Assembly (NCBI RefSeq): GCF_017876815.1
Contig: NZ_JAGIOS010000002.1
Coordinates: forward strand, 120,001 to 152,000
DNA: 32,000 nt
Source: Sinorhizobium meliloti
GTDB taxonomy: Bacteria > Pseudomonadota > Alphaproteobacteria > Rhizobiales > Rhizobiaceae
Direction of reading: 5' to 3'
Both the position numbers and the translations under genes were made by a program. The notes beneath the pieces were generated by a model. That model worked only from the letters and a program-made list of their open reading frames with translations, was not told the origin of the DNA and did no database searches. This document shows positions 1 to 9,456 of the stretch, piece by piece (the first letter of the stretch is position 1; the number at the start of each line of letters is the position of its first letter).

Positions 1-564
1 CGTGCCGCTGCAACCGGTGCTGCCGTTGCCGCACCGCCGGAAACCCCGACGCCCACGCTGCCGGTGCTGCTCAACATCAATTCCAATAACATCGCCGTGG
101 AACTGGATCCGCGGACCACGCTGCTCGACACCTTGCGCAACCATCTCGTTCTCACCGGTTCGAAAAAGGGTTGCGACCATGGTCAATGCGGAGCCTGCAC
201 CGTTCTGGTGAACGGACGCCGGATCAATGCCTGTCTGACGCTCGCCGCGATGCATGAAGGGGATGAGATCACCACGATCGAGGGGCTTGCAGGTGAGGAC
301 GAACTTCACCCGATGCAAGCGGCATTTATCGAACACGACGGCTTTCAGTGCGGCTATTGCACACCCGGACAGATTTGCTCCGCAGTCGGAATGCTGCGGG
401 AGGTCAGGGAAGGTTGGCCAAGCCACGCAAGCGCGGATGTTGCGGCCGCTCCGACCAATCTCACCGAGGCCGAAATCCGCGAGCGCATGAGCGGCAATAT
501 CTGCCGTTGCGCCGCTTACCCCAACATCGTAGCCGCCATTCGCGATGCGGCAGAGAGGTCATGA
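1..564 (+). CDS. paoA: Aldehyde oxidoreductase [2Fe-2S] small subunit (PaoA/YagT-like), 5' end outside the window
   Basis: Frame 1 is open from nt 1 (RAAATGAAVAAPPETPTPTLPV...). This resembles the linker after the Tat leader of E. coli PaoA, so the GTG at 64 in the ORF track is probably internal. Two Fe-S motifs are present: CDHGQCGACTV...C and CGYC...C / NICRC. The stop is at 562-564, 3 nt before the next subunit. Confidence 0.85.
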   Translation, partial: RAAATGAAVAAPPETPTPTLPVLLNINSNNIAVELDPRTTLLDTLRNHLVLTGSKKGCDHGQCGACTVLVNGRRINACLTLAAMHEGDEITTIEGLAGEDELHPMQAAFIEHDGFQCGYCTPGQICSAVGMLREVREGWPSHASADVAAAPTNLTEAEIRERMSGNICRCAAYPNIVAAIRDAAERS

Positions 565-567
565 AGC

Positions 568-1554
568 ATGCAACCCTTCTCCTATCAGCGGGCAGACACA
601 GTGGAAACGGCCGTTGCGGCTGTGGCGGGCAGGCCGGCGGCACGTTTCATCGCAGGAGGCACCAATCTCCTGGACCTGATGAAGCTGGGCATCGAGCGGC
701 CGGAGCATCTCGTCGACATCGGCCGTTTGGGACTTGACCGCATCGAGCCGACCGAGGAGGGCGGATTGCATATCGGCGCTCAGGTCCGCAATAGCGATCT
801 CGCCGCCGATCCGATAGTCAGGTCCCGCTACCCGGCTCTGTCTCAGGCGCTGCTGGCGGGCGCCTCCGGCCAGATACGAAACAAGGCTTCGACAGGCGGC
901 AACCTTCTCCAACGCACGCGATGCCCCTACTTCTACAACCGCAACATGCCTTGCAACAAGCGAGAACCGGGCGCCGGTTGCGCCGCGCTCAGGGGCTTCA
1001 ACCGGATGCATGCGGTCATCGGAACGAGCCAGGCGTGCATTGCCGTGCATCCCTCAGACATGGCGGTCGCGATGGCGGTGCTCGACGCGAACGTCGAGAC
1101 GGTCTCTCCGGGAGGTGAAACGCGTTCGATCCCGATCGGAGATCTCTACCGGCTGCCCGGCACGACGCCCCACCAGGAGACCGTGCTTGCCCACGGGGAA
1201 ATGATCACCGGCGTTACTCTGCCGCCACCACCCGCGGGCCGGCAGGCATATCGCAAGGTGCGCGACCGTGCCTCCTACGCGTTCGCCCTCGTTTCCGTTG
1301 CAGCAATCATCGAGGTTTCCGGCAATCGGGTGCGAACCGCTCGTGTCGCCTTGGGCGGCGTCGCGCCGAAACCCTGGCGGGCACTGGAAACCGAGAGCAG
1401 GCTCGCGGGCGCGGCACTATCGGACAATGTGCTGACGGACGCGGCGGAGGCCGCCCTGGCGGGAGCCGTCGGACATGGCGGCAACGACTTCAAGATTCCC
1501 TTGGGCAAGCGGACGGTGCGTTACACGCTCTCTTCCGCGGCCGAACAAGCGTGA
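568..1554 (+). CDS. paoB: Aldehyde oxidoreductase FAD-binding subunit (PaoB/YagS-like; xanthine dehydrogenase family subunit M)
   Basis: 328-aa ORF. It has FAD-binding motifs ([11 protein letters not shown]) and the Cys-rich CPYFY...PCNKR...GC block typical of PaoB. It sits tightly between the small and large subunits. Confidence 0.85.
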   Translation: MQPFSYQRADTVETAVAAVAGRPAARFIAGGTNLLDLMKLGIERPEHLVDIGRLGLDRIEPTEEGGLHIGAQVRNSDLAADPIVRSRYPALSQALLAGASGQIRNKASTGGNLLQRTRCPYFYNRNMPCNKREPGAGCAALRGFNRMHAVIGTSQACIAVHPSDMAVAMAVLDANVETVSPGGETRSIPIGDLYRLPGTTPHQETVLAHGEMITGVTLPPPPAGRQAYRKVRDRASYAFALVSVAAIIEVSGNRVRTARVALGGVAPKPWRALETESRLAGAALSDNVLTDAAEAALAGAVGHGGNDFKIPLGKRTVRYTLSSAAEQA

Positions 1555-1576
1555 CCCGAGCAGACTGGTGGAAACA

Positions 1577-3859
1577 ATGACAGATAAGGCGCAGCGACAT
1601 ACCACAAGCGGCGGCAGCCTCATAGGCAGACCCGTCGACCGCGTCGATGGACCGGTCAAGGTTACCGGTACCGCTACCTATGCCTACGAAGTCGCGGAGG
1701 GCCCGCCTTCGGCTTTCGGTTTTGTGCTGGGTGCGGGCATCGCCAAAGGCCGCATTCTGGAAATCGAAACCGGCCTGGCCGAACGAACGCCGGGCGTCCT
1801 TCACGTGATGACGCATCTGAATGCACCGCCCCAACCGGAATTCGGTCCGGCCGTTACGCCGGCCGTGCGCGAGGTTTTCACCCGTGCGCGGCCCGTGCTT
1901 CGCGACGGCCGCATTCGCCACTATGACGAGCCGATCGCACTTGTGGTCGGCGAGACCTTCGAGGCCGCACGCGCCGCTGCGGCCCTCATCCAGGTTCGCT
2001 ACGAAGAAGCAGCCGGCGACTTCGGCCTCGAAGAGCGCCGCGGAGCGGCCTACGCACCGCAGCGGACCAATGCAGGCTTCGATACGGATAGCGCAGTGGG
2101 CGATTTCGATGCGGCCTTTGCCGAGGCGGCGGTACGGATCGACATGACCTACCGTACGCCCTACCAGCACCACAATCCGATGGAGCCCCATGCGACATTG
2201 GCGATCTGGCAGGGTGACGACGTGACCATCCATACTTCGGCGCAGACCCTCTCGAACTTTCGAGCCGGCCTCGCTGCTACGCTCGGCATTCCGCTCGAGC
2301 GCGTGCGCGTGATCAGCCGTTACATCGGTGGTGGTTTCGGCTCCAAACTCATCGTGCATGCCGATTCGGTGCTCGCAGCTCTGGCCGCGCGCATTCTGGG
2401 AAGACCCGTCAAGGTCGCCCTAACGCGCCAGCAAATGTTCGCCAATGCCGGGCACCGTGCGGAAATGCTCCAGAACGTTCGATTGGGCGCGAGCGCCGAC
2501 GGAAAACTGCTGGCTCTCGGACACGATGTCTGGTCGGCAACCTCTCGAGTTGAGGAATTCTGCGAGCAGACGGCGGTCTTCGCCCGTTCGCTCTATGCCG
2601 CACCCAGTCGCCTGACCCGCCACCGGCTCGTTCCAGTCGACCTCAACAGAGGCGAGTGGATGCGGTCTCCGGGCGAGGCGCCGGGCATGCTCGCGCTGGA
2701 ATGCGCCATGGACGAGTTGGCCGAGCGGCTGGGTCTTGACCCGATCGAGCTCAGGATCCGCAACGAGCCCGATCTCGATCCCGAGCGCGGGGTGCCGTTT
2801 TCGACGCGTAACCTCGTGACATGCATGCAGGAGGGGGCGCGGCGCTTCAGTTGGGAGCGGCGCAGGTCGGAACCGGGCAGCCTGCGCGAAGGCCGTAAGC
2901 TGGTTGGCTTCGGCATGGCCGCTGCGATCCGGCCAAACTACATCGGAGCGGCGGCGGCCTCGGTTCGGATCGACGCGGAGGGACGAGTGACCGCTCGCCT
3001 CGACATGACCGATATCGGTACGGGGACCTACACCATCCTGACGCAGATTGCCGCCGATGCCCTGGGCGTTCCGCTTGCGGCAATCACGATCGAGCTTGGG
3101 GATAGCCGCTATCCCTTGACGGCAGGCTCCGGCGGTTCCTGGGGAGCGGCAAGTGCCGGGACGGCCCTCTTGCGTGCGTGCGAAGCGCTGAAACGGAAGA
3201 TCGTGAACGCGGTGCGCACGCAACCGGGTACACCGGCCCAGAATTCCGGGACTGACGACGTCACGATAGCCGCTGGAGCGGTCCGCTTCGGCGAACGGAC
3301 GGAAGCGTTGGCGGAATTTATGCGGCGTGTCGCACCCCAAGGGCTCGACGCCACGGGTTCGGTCGAGGCCGGTGCGAGCACCGAGAGCTACCGCGCATTC
3401 TCGCAGCATTCCTATGGCGCGCATTTCGCCGAGGTCAGCGTCGACTGCGACACGGGAGAGATCCGTGCGAGGCGCTTGCTCGCCGTGATCGGCGCAGGCC
3501 GTATTCTCAATGCGAAAACGGCGCGTTCACAGATTCTCGGAGGTATGACCTGGGGTCTCGGCGCAGCATTGATGGAGGAATCCGTCCTTGACCGCCGCTA
3601 CGGATGTTTCGTCAATCATGACCTTGCCGAGTACCACGTTCCAGTCAATAGCGACGTTCCAGACCTCGATGTGGTGTTCATCGAGGAGAACGATGACAAG
3701 GCCAACCCTTTCGGCGCGAAGGGTCTCGGAGAGCTCGGCGTTTGCGGTGCCGGCGCGGCGATCGCCAACGCGGTCTATAACGCCACCGGGGTAAGGGTTC
3801 GCGAGTTCCCGCTGACCCTGGACAAAGTCCTGCCGGGCTTGGCGACGGTTGCGCTTTGA
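1577..3859 (+). CDS. paoC: Aldehyde oxidoreductase molybdopterin-binding large subunit (PaoC/YagR-like)
   Basis: The ORF track gives 1475..3859. I trimmed it to ATG 1577 (MTDKAQ...) because the longer form overlaps paoB. Similarity to E. coli PaoC is visible by eye along the whole length (GRPVDRVDGPVKVTGTATYAYE, YIGGGFG, GEAPG, DIGTGTYT, GSGGSWG, AGRILNAKTARSQ, GELG). Confidence 0.9.
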   Translation: MTDKAQRHTTSGGSLIGRPVDRVDGPVKVTGTATYAYEVAEGPPSAFGFVLGAGIAKGRILEIETGLAERTPGVLHVMTHLNAPPQPEFGPAVTPAVREVFTRARPVLRDGRIRHYDEPIALVVGETFEAARAAAALIQVRYEEAAGDFGLEERRGAAYAPQRTNAGFDTDSAVGDFDAAFAEAAVRIDMTYRTPYQHHNPMEPHATLAIWQGDDVTIHTSAQTLSNFRAGLAATLGIPLERVRVISRYIGGGFGSKLIVHADSVLAALAARILGRPVKVALTRQQMFANAGHRAEMLQNVRLGASADGKLLALGHDVWSATSRVEEFCEQTAVFARSLYAAPSRLTRHRLVPVDLNRGEWMRSPGEAPGMLALECAMDELAERLGLDPIELRIRNEPDLDPERGVPFSTRNLVTCMQEGARRFSWERRRSEPGSLREGRKLVGFGMAAAIRPNYIGAAAASVRIDAEGRVTARLDMTDIGTGTYTILTQIAADALGVPLAAITIELGDSRYPLTAGSGGSWGAASAGTALLRACEALKRKIVNAVRTQPGTPAQNSGTDDVTIAAGAVRFGERTEALAEFMRRVAPQGLDATGSVEAGASTESYRAFSQHSYGAHFAEVSVDCDTGEIRARRLLAVIGAGRILNAKTARSQILGGMTWGLGAALMEESVLDRRYGCFVNHDLAEYHVPVNSDVPDLDVVFIEENDDKANPFGAKGLGELGVCGAGAAIANAVYNATGVRVREFPLTLDKVLPGLATVAL

Positions 3860-3888
3860 ATTCCGGCGAAAGCGGGCTGCGGACCCTT

Positions 3889-4737
3889 TCAGGTCGGTGT
3901 CGAGCCCATCACCAGACCTTCGATATCGTGTTTCTGCGTGACGGGGATCAGCTCATCGACAACCCTGCAGACGAGGTGCTGCTTCACCAGAACGGGCAGG
4001 GCATCAAAGTAATCCTGAGTCACCATCATGTCGTGCAGTTCGGCGTGGCCCGCGCCGGGCGCGTCGACGCCGAGGACCATGACCGGGCGGGCGATCGGCG
4101 ACGCATGTTCCGTACCCCGGTGGATCGTGAGCGCCGAGCGGCATGAAACATCGCCCAGCTTCGGATACTTGCGCGTCGCGAGCTCCTGAAACGCGGGCCA
4201 CCTCTCCTTGGGCGGGAACATTTCATGCTTCCACTCCCTGCCGTCGAGCCACTGGGTGCCGGGCGCGATCTCGAACGGCCCCATATCCTCCGTCACGTCC
4301 ACGCCGGTGAGGTTAAAGGCAAGCGAGGTGATGCGGCGCTCGACGTAGGTTTCGGGCGGCGAGGGGAAGTCGCGATGCCAGGGCTGGTACTTCGCCCCCT
4401 GAAACGGCACGTCGAAGCCGATCTCGACGATCTGGTAGTCGGGACCGAGCACCGCCTCGCACATGCCGGCCACCCACGGATGGGTGACGAGGTCGACGAA
4501 GCCGGAAAAATCCTGCGGATGGATCTCGACGTACCAGCGGCGCGGCCCACGGCCGACGGCGCCACCCGGCCGCTGAATCGCCGACCAGAAAGCCGTCATC
4601 ATGTCCTCACGCATCGTTTCTGCCCATTCGCGCGAGAAGGCGCTCTTCAGTCCGGTGATGCCCTCCCGTTGCAAGGCTTCGACGGACGCGCTGAAATCGT
4701 AGCCCGACCGGGCTTCCTGTGTTGCTGTCGTAGTCAT
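3889..4737 (-). CDS. PhyH-family Fe(II)/2-oxoglutarate dioxygenase-like protein
   Basis: The ORF track gives 3889..4905. I trimmed it to ATG 4737 (MTTTATQ...), which is preceded by GAGAGGAGATGTG. The longer form would overlap the upstream permease. It carries an HxD motif (WHRDF) and a distal His (IHRGTEH), consistent with a facial triad. Confidence 0.7.
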   Translation of the reverse strand: MTTTATQEARSGYDFSASVEALQREGITGLKSAFSREWAETMREDMMTAFWSAIQRPGGAVGRGPRRWYVEIHPQDFSGFVDLVTHPWVAGMCEAVLGPDYQIVEIGFDVPFQGAKYQPWHRDFPSPPETYVERRITSLAFNLTGVDVTEDMGPFEIAPGTQWLDGREWKHEMFPPKERWPAFQELATRKYPKLGDVSCRSALTIHRGTEHASPIARPVMVLGVDAPGAGHAELHDMMVTQDYFDALPVLVKQHLVCRVVDELIPVTQKHDIEGLVMGSTPT

Positions 4738-4790
4738 CACATCTCCTCTCGCTTTCGAATTGTCGCGGGCTTCACCAACCTGGCCGCATC

Positions 4791-5789
4791 TCAGACGTGT
4801 TCCTCGCCTGTTCGGCGTGACATCAATCGCGCCTGAAGAACGACGACGATCAGCAGGAAGCCGCCGCGGATGACGGACTGCCAGTAGGCCGAAAGGGAAA
4901 TCCACCCGAGGCCGTTCTCGAAATTAAGGATGTTGAACACCATCGCGAGCAGAAGGGCGCCCGCAAGCGTCGCCCCCACCGAGCCCGAACCGCCTGTCAG
5001 AAGCGTACCCCCGACGACTACGGAGGCGATCGCGAAGAGTTCCCAGCCGACCCCTTCGGTGGGTTGGCCGGCTCCGAATTGCGAGGCGAGGATGACGCCT
5101 GCGAGCCCCGCCAGCGCGCCGGAACCGACATAGACGGCGGCGAGCGTCCGCCTCACCTTCAGGCCCATCAATGCGGCTGTAGCTTCGCCGTCGCCGATCG
5201 CCAGCACATGGCGGCCGACGGGCAGACGTTCGAGCACCAGCCAGCCTGCGACATAGACGAGAAGGGCGACCCAGGCGGGAATCGGAAAGCCAAGGAAGTC
5301 GTCCTGGCCGATCGAAGTGAAGCCGCTGTCATAGGAAACGGAGACCGACTGGTTTCCCGCAAGCAGCAAGCCGGTGCCATAGGCCGCAAGCATGGACGCG
5401 AGGGTCGCGATAAACGGCTGGATGCGCATGACAGTAACGGTGAAACCGTTCAATGCTCCGACGGCAAAACCCGCCGCAATGCCGCCGAAGAGACCTGCGG
5501 CCCAATGATAGGGCGACAGAAGCGCGGCGACGACGCTCGCCATGGCCGCGGTACCGCCGACGGAGAGATCGATTCCCCCGGTTATGATGACGAAGGCCAT
5601 GCCCAGCGCGATCAGCGCGAACATGGAGTTGTAACGCAGGAAGCTCAGGATGTTGTATTGCGACAGGAAGTTCTCGTAACGCAGCGCTCCGAACAGGATG
5701 AGGCCGAAGAGCGCCAGAATGACGCCGAGGCGGGCCATATCGCCGGGGGACTTGAGGGCAAGAGCCTTGAGGACTGAATTCATCGGCAT
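4791..5789 (-). CDS. yjfF: Sugar ABC transporter permease (YjfF-like by position)
   Basis: 332-aa polytopic membrane ORF of the RbsC/AraH type, with a GGIDLSVGG motif. It is the fourth gene of an SBP-ATPase-permease-permease operon in the same order as E. coli ytfQRT-yjfF. Confidence 0.8.
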   Translation of the reverse strand: MPMNSVLKALALKSPGDMARLGVILALFGLILFGALRYENFLSQYNILSFLRYNSMFALIALGMAFVIITGGIDLSVGGTAAMASVVAALLSPYHWAAGLFGGIAAGFAVGALNGFTVTVMRIQPFIATLASMLAAYGTGLLLAGNQSVSVSYDSGFTSIGQDDFLGFPIPAWVALLVYVAGWLVLERLPVGRHVLAIGDGEATAALMGLKVRRTLAAVYVGSGALAGLAGVILASQFGAGQPTEGVGWELFAIASVVVGGTLLTGGSGSVGATLAGALLLAMVFNILNFENGLGWISLSAYWQSVIRGGFLLIVVVLQARLMSRRTGEEHV

Positions 5790-5795
5790 TCTCCC

Positions 5796-6800
5796 TCACG
5801 ACTTTCCGGCGCGCTGCTGGATGAACACCGCAAGTAAGATCAGTGCAGCCTTGACGATCAAGGCAGCCGCGTCCGGCACGCCATTGGCGAGCAGGGTGTA
5901 GCGCACCAGCTGGATGACAAGGGCGCCGATCACGGTGCCGACGATGTTTGCCCGTCCGCCGGTCAGAAGCGTGCCGCCGACCGCGACTGCGGCGATCGCG
6001 TCGAGCTCCATGCCGAGGCCTACGAGGTTCGCGTCGCTTGCGGAATTGCGCGCGACGACGATGAGGCCCGCCACCCCGGCAAGCGCGCCGCTGATCATGT
6101 AGACGAGCAGTTTGACGCGGTGGACGGGTATCCCGGTCAGACGGGCCGCCTTCTCGTTGCCTCCGACCGCTATGACCTGCCGCCCGAACACCGTGTAGCG
6201 GATTGCCGCCCAGGCGATCGCGGCGATCGCAATCATTAGGATCACCTGGGCGGGAATGCCGGCGACACGCCCCAGGGCGATGAACTGGAACCCTTCGTTC
6301 CGGAAGACCTGCAGGTTGCCGTTGGTCATCACCTGGGCGATGCCGCGGCCTGCGATGAACAGCACGAGGGTCGCGATGATCGGCTGGATGGCGAAACGGG
6401 TCACGAGCAGACCGTTGAAAAGACCGAGCAGCCCCGTGGCGACGACCGGCAGAACGAAGGCCAGCGCCACGGCGACGGGCATGGAGGAGACCGGAAACAG
6501 CGTCCCCATGAAGATCATCGGCGCAAGCGCGCCGCCGATCGCCATCAGTGAGCCGACCGAAAGATCGATGCCGCCGGTGGCGATCACGAGCGTCATTCCG
6601 ATGGCAACGATCACGATCGTGGCGACCTGGGTGAGATTGACGTTGAGCGTCTGCAGCGACAGGAAGTTCGGAGTGAAGACGACGTTGAACAGGATCAGGG
6701 CCAGGAAGGCGGCGACTGTGCCGTAACGTCCGGCGAGCGTGAAGAAACGTTTGCCGGAGGGGACGGTGCCTGCGGTCGCCTGTGTCTCGATCGTCGTCAT
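5796..6800 (-). CDS. ytfT: Sugar ABC transporter permease (YtfT-like by position)
   Basis: The ORF track gives 5796..6830. I trimmed it to ATG 6800 (MTTIETQ...), which lies 1 nt after the ATPase stop codon (6802-6804). It has a GGIDLSVGS motif and a polytopic profile. Confidence 0.8.
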   Translation of the reverse strand: MTTIETQATAGTVPSGKRFFTLAGRYGTVAAFLALILFNVVFTPNFLSLQTLNVNLTQVATIVIVAIGMTLVIATGGIDLSVGSLMAIGGALAPMIFMGTLFPVSSMPVAVALAFVLPVVATGLLGLFNGLLVTRFAIQPIIATLVLFIAGRGIAQVMTNGNLQVFRNEGFQFIALGRVAGIPAQVILMIAIAAIAWAAIRYTVFGRQVIAVGGNEKAARLTGIPVHRVKLLVYMISGALAGVAGLIVVARNSASDANLVGLGMELDAIAAVAVGGTLLTGGRANIVGTVIGALVIQLVRYTLLANGVPDAAALIVKAALILLAVFIQQRAGKS

Positions 6801-6801
6801 G

Positions 6802-8295
6802 CTATTCCACCTGATGTGCCATGGCGGCAAAGAGGGCGGCCTCGCTCAATTCCTTGCGCGGCAGCACGGCGACCGAGGTTCCGTCGCTGAGCACGGTCAC
6901 CCGGTCGGCCGCCGCCAGCAATTCCTCCAGTTCGGACGAAATCATCAGCACGCCGAGGCCTTCGTCTGCGAGCCGGCGCAGGAGGCGCAGGATTTCGGAT
7001 TTGGCGCCGATATCGATACCGCGGGTCGGCTCGTCGACAATCAGAAGCTTGGGATCGGTACAGAGCCAACGCCCGAGCAGGACTTTCTGCTGATTGCCGC
7101 CGGAAAGTTCCTTGATAGGCTGGTCGGGCGAGGTGCATTTGATGGCGAGCGCCGTGATGTAGCGCTCGACGATTTCATCCTGGCGGGCGCGATCGACGAT
7201 GCCGGCGCGGGCGAGCTTCGGCAGAAGCGCGAGCGTCATGTTTTCGCGGATGCTCATATCGGGAATGATACCGTCGACCTTCCGGTCCTCGGCGACGAGC
7301 CCGATACCGTCGGCAATGGCGTCCGCGGGCTGGCGATAGGCGCGGGCTTCGCCATTGTAGCGAATTTCGCCGCGCTGCAGCCGGTCCGCGCCAAAAATCA
7401 GGTTGGCCGTTTCGGTTCGCCCGGAGCCGAGCAGGCCGGCAAGCCCGGAGATCTCGCCTTCGCGCACCGTAAGGCTCACATCCCGCACGCGAACGCCAGC
7501 GCCCGCATTCCGGACCGATAGCCGGACCGGTCGCTGCGCGCCCTCGTCCGCGTCCTTGGCGATCGCTTCGAAGGCCGCGAGTTCTTTGCCCAGCATATGG
7601 CGCACCAATGCGAGCTTCGGCATGTCCGCCATTGCGGCGGTCGCCACGGTCTTGCCGTCACGCATGATGGTGACCCTGTCGCAAATCCGGTAGAGCTCCT
7701 CGAGACGATGGCCGATGAAGACGACGGAAACGCCGCCGCGCTTGAGCGTCCTTATGGTGTCGAAAAGAATGCCGACTTCCCGCTCGTCGAGGGAAGAGGT
7801 CGGTTCGTCCATGATGACGAGGCGTGCCTTCTGCGTCACGGCGCGCGCGATAGCGACCATCTGCCGGGTAGCGGCGCTGAAGCCGGCGACAGGTTGATCG
7901 ACGTCGATTTCCAGATTGAAGGCCCGCAGGACGGCGGCGGCGCCATCGCGCATCGCGCGCCGGTCGATCAAGCCGAAGCGGCGGGGTTCGCGCGACAGAT
8001 AGATGTTCTCGGCGACGGAGCGCTGGGGGGCGAGGTTGATCTCCTGGTAGATCGTCGCGATGCCGCGGGCCTGGCTCTCCGCCGGCATGCTGAAGGATAC
8101 GCCCTCTCCCGCAAAGACGACCGCACCCTCGTCGCGCCGGTACGCGCCGGTCAATATCTTGATGAGGGTCGACTTGCCCGCGCCGTTCTGACCGACGAGT
8201 GCCATCACCTCGGCTTCCCCGACTTCGAGAGAAGCCGCACGAAGCGCCGGAATGCCGTTGAACGATTTGCAGATGCCCTGCATGGACAGAAGCAT
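6802..8295 (-). CDS. ytfR: Sugar ABC transporter ATP-binding protein with two nucleotide-binding domains (YtfR-like)
   Basis: 497 aa. Walker A motif GQNGAGKST, a second P-loop GLLGSGRTE, and the signature LSGGNQQKV. SD GGGAGGA lies upstream of ATG 8295. Confidence 0.9.
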   Translation of the reverse strand: MLLSMQGICKSFNGIPALRAASLEVGEAEVMALVGQNGAGKSTLIKILTGAYRRDEGAVVFAGEGVSFSMPAESQARGIATIYQEINLAPQRSVAENIYLSREPRRFGLIDRRAMRDGAAAVLRAFNLEIDVDQPVAGFSAATRQMVAIARAVTQKARLVIMDEPTSSLDEREVGILFDTIRTLKRGGVSVVFIGHRLEELYRICDRVTIMRDGKTVATAAMADMPKLALVRHMLGKELAAFEAIAKDADEGAQRPVRLSVRNAGAGVRVRDVSLTVREGEISGLAGLLGSGRTETANLIFGADRLQRGEIRYNGEARAYRQPADAIADGIGLVAEDRKVDGIIPDMSIRENMTLALLPKLARAGIVDRARQDEIVERYITALAIKCTSPDQPIKELSGGNQQKVLLGRWLCTDPKLLIVDEPTRGIDIGAKSEILRLLRRLADEGLGVLMISSELEELLAAADRVTVLSDGTSVAVLPRKELSEAALFAAMAHQVE

Positions 8296-8351
8296 AAGTC
8301 CTCCCGATGCCGATCTGTCTTTATCGCGGCCGATTTCGCAGCGATTGCGGA

Positions 8352-8390
8352 CTTCGCCAACCGACCGAACGATCCCGCCGGTTGGCGAAG
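8352..8390 (-). promoter_or_regulatory. Intercistronic stem-loop immediately 3' of the binding-protein gene
   Basis: Perfect 12-bp arms, CTTCGCCAACCG (8352-8363) and CGGTTGGCGAAG (8379-8390), with a 15-nt loop. It starts 4 nt after the SBP stop codon. No U-tract follows on the minus strand. Confidence 0.5.
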
Positions 8391-8394
8391 AATG

Positions 8395-9378
8395 TCAGTA
8401 GGCGTTGGCGAGTTCGGCAGCCGCGTTTGACGAGTCGTAGAACTTGTCCTCGTTTATGACCATGGGATCGATCTTCTCGCCCTTGGCGTAACGCAGCATC
8501 GTCTCGAAGGCCTTGGGTCCGAAGCGTGGGTTGCACTCGACCACCGCAGCGATCTTTCCGTCGATGACCGCCTGAACCGCCTCCTTGCCGCCGTCGATCG
8601 ACAAGACCAGCACATCCTTGCCCGGGACCTTGCCCGCCGCCTCTATTGCCGCAATGGCACCGATCGCCATCTCATCATTGTGGGCATAGACGATGTCGGC
8701 ATCCGGGTGCGCCTGCAACAGGGCCTCGGCGACCTGCCGGCCCTTGTCGCGTGCGAAATCGCCCGACTGAGAAGCGACGATCTCGAAGCCGCCTGCCGCC
8801 TTGATCGTCTCGTCGAAACCTTTCTTGCGGTCGTTGGCCGGCGACGAGCCGGTCGTTCCCTCGAGCTCGATGATCTTCGATTTGCCGTTGGCATTCTTGA
8901 CCAGCCACTCGGCGATGCGCTTGCCCTCTTCTATGAAATCCGAGCCGATGAAGGTCACGTAGTCCTCGCCAGCCTTGGCAAGCGACGGATCGACGCTGCG
9001 GTCGAGCAGGATGACGGGAATGCCGGCCTTCTTGGCGGCCATGACGGCGGGGATCAACGGCTTTTCTTCGCGCGGCGCCAGGAAGATCAGGTCCACGCCC
9101 TGGGCGATCATGGAGTTGACGTCGGCCACCTGCTTGGCCGCGGACCCGGCGGCGTCCGTATAGACGAGTTGATGGCCGAGCTTCTCAGCCTCGGCTTTCA
9201 TGCTGTTTGTCTGGGCGATGCGCCAGGGATTGTTGGATTCCGTTTGCGCGAAACCGACCTTATAGGTCTCCTTCTGCGCCAGTTTTGGCAGTTCCGCGAA
9301 AGCGACGGTGCCGGCGATGGCGATTGCGCCGGCCGCCGTGGCCGCAAGCATGAACGCGCGACGTGAAATCCTGTTCAT
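8395..9378 (-). CDS. ytfQ: Periplasmic sugar-binding protein (YtfQ/galactofuranose-binding-protein-like)
   Basis: The ORF track gives 8395..9723. I trimmed it to ATG 9378 (MNRISRRAFMLAATAAGAIAIAGTVAFA, a signal peptide), which is preceded by GGGAGGAGAG. The mature part resembles E. coli YtfQ by eye (VGF.Q..S..PWR, LLDRS.D, ELEGT.GSS...DRKKGF, QSGDF.R.KG, YAHNDEMAIGAI.AI). Confidence 0.85.
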   Translation of the reverse strand: MNRISRRAFMLAATAAGAIAIAGTVAFAELPKLAQKETYKVGFAQTESNNPWRIAQTNSMKAEAEKLGHQLVYTDAAGSAAKQVADVNSMIAQGVDLIFLAPREEKPLIPAVMAAKKAGIPVILLDRSVDPSLAKAGEDYVTFIGSDFIEEGKRIAEWLVKNANGKSKIIELEGTTGSSPANDRKKGFDETIKAAGGFEIVASQSGDFARDKGRQVAEALLQAHPDADIVYAHNDEMAIGAIAAIEAAGKVPGKDVLVLSIDGGKEAVQAVIDGKIAAVVECNPRFGPKAFETMLRYAKGEKIDPMVINEDKFYDSSNAAAELANAY

Positions 9379-9456
9379 CGTGTTCTCTCCTCCCGGTTTG
9401 CCGGTACTCCTCCACCGGCTGCGAGCAACTTTATGCTTCACACGGGAAAACCTTGC

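Noticed and set aside
2-211. 69-aa ORF at the window start (frame 2).
   Set aside because: It overlaps the paoA reading frame, which is open from nt 1 and has clear PaoA similarity. Its composition is Arg/Pro/Cys-rich, typical of an off-frame artefact in high-GC DNA.
1475-1576. 5' extension of the paoC ORF (MAATTSRF...).
   Set aside because: It overlaps the 3' end of paoB by 80 nt and has no similarity to PaoC. ATG 1577 begins the conserved region.
2420-3424. 334-aa ORF antisense to paoC, together with other minus-strand ORFs between 1490 and 3381.
   Set aside because: It lies entirely inside a well-supported gene on the other strand. It is Arg/Pro/Gly-rich and of low complexity, as expected for antisense frames of GC-rich genes.
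6739-8430. Plus-strand ORFs of 260 aa and 277 aa antisense to the ABC ATPase.
   Set aside because: They are antisense to a gene with clear Walker and signature motifs. They have no recognisable domains and a skewed composition.
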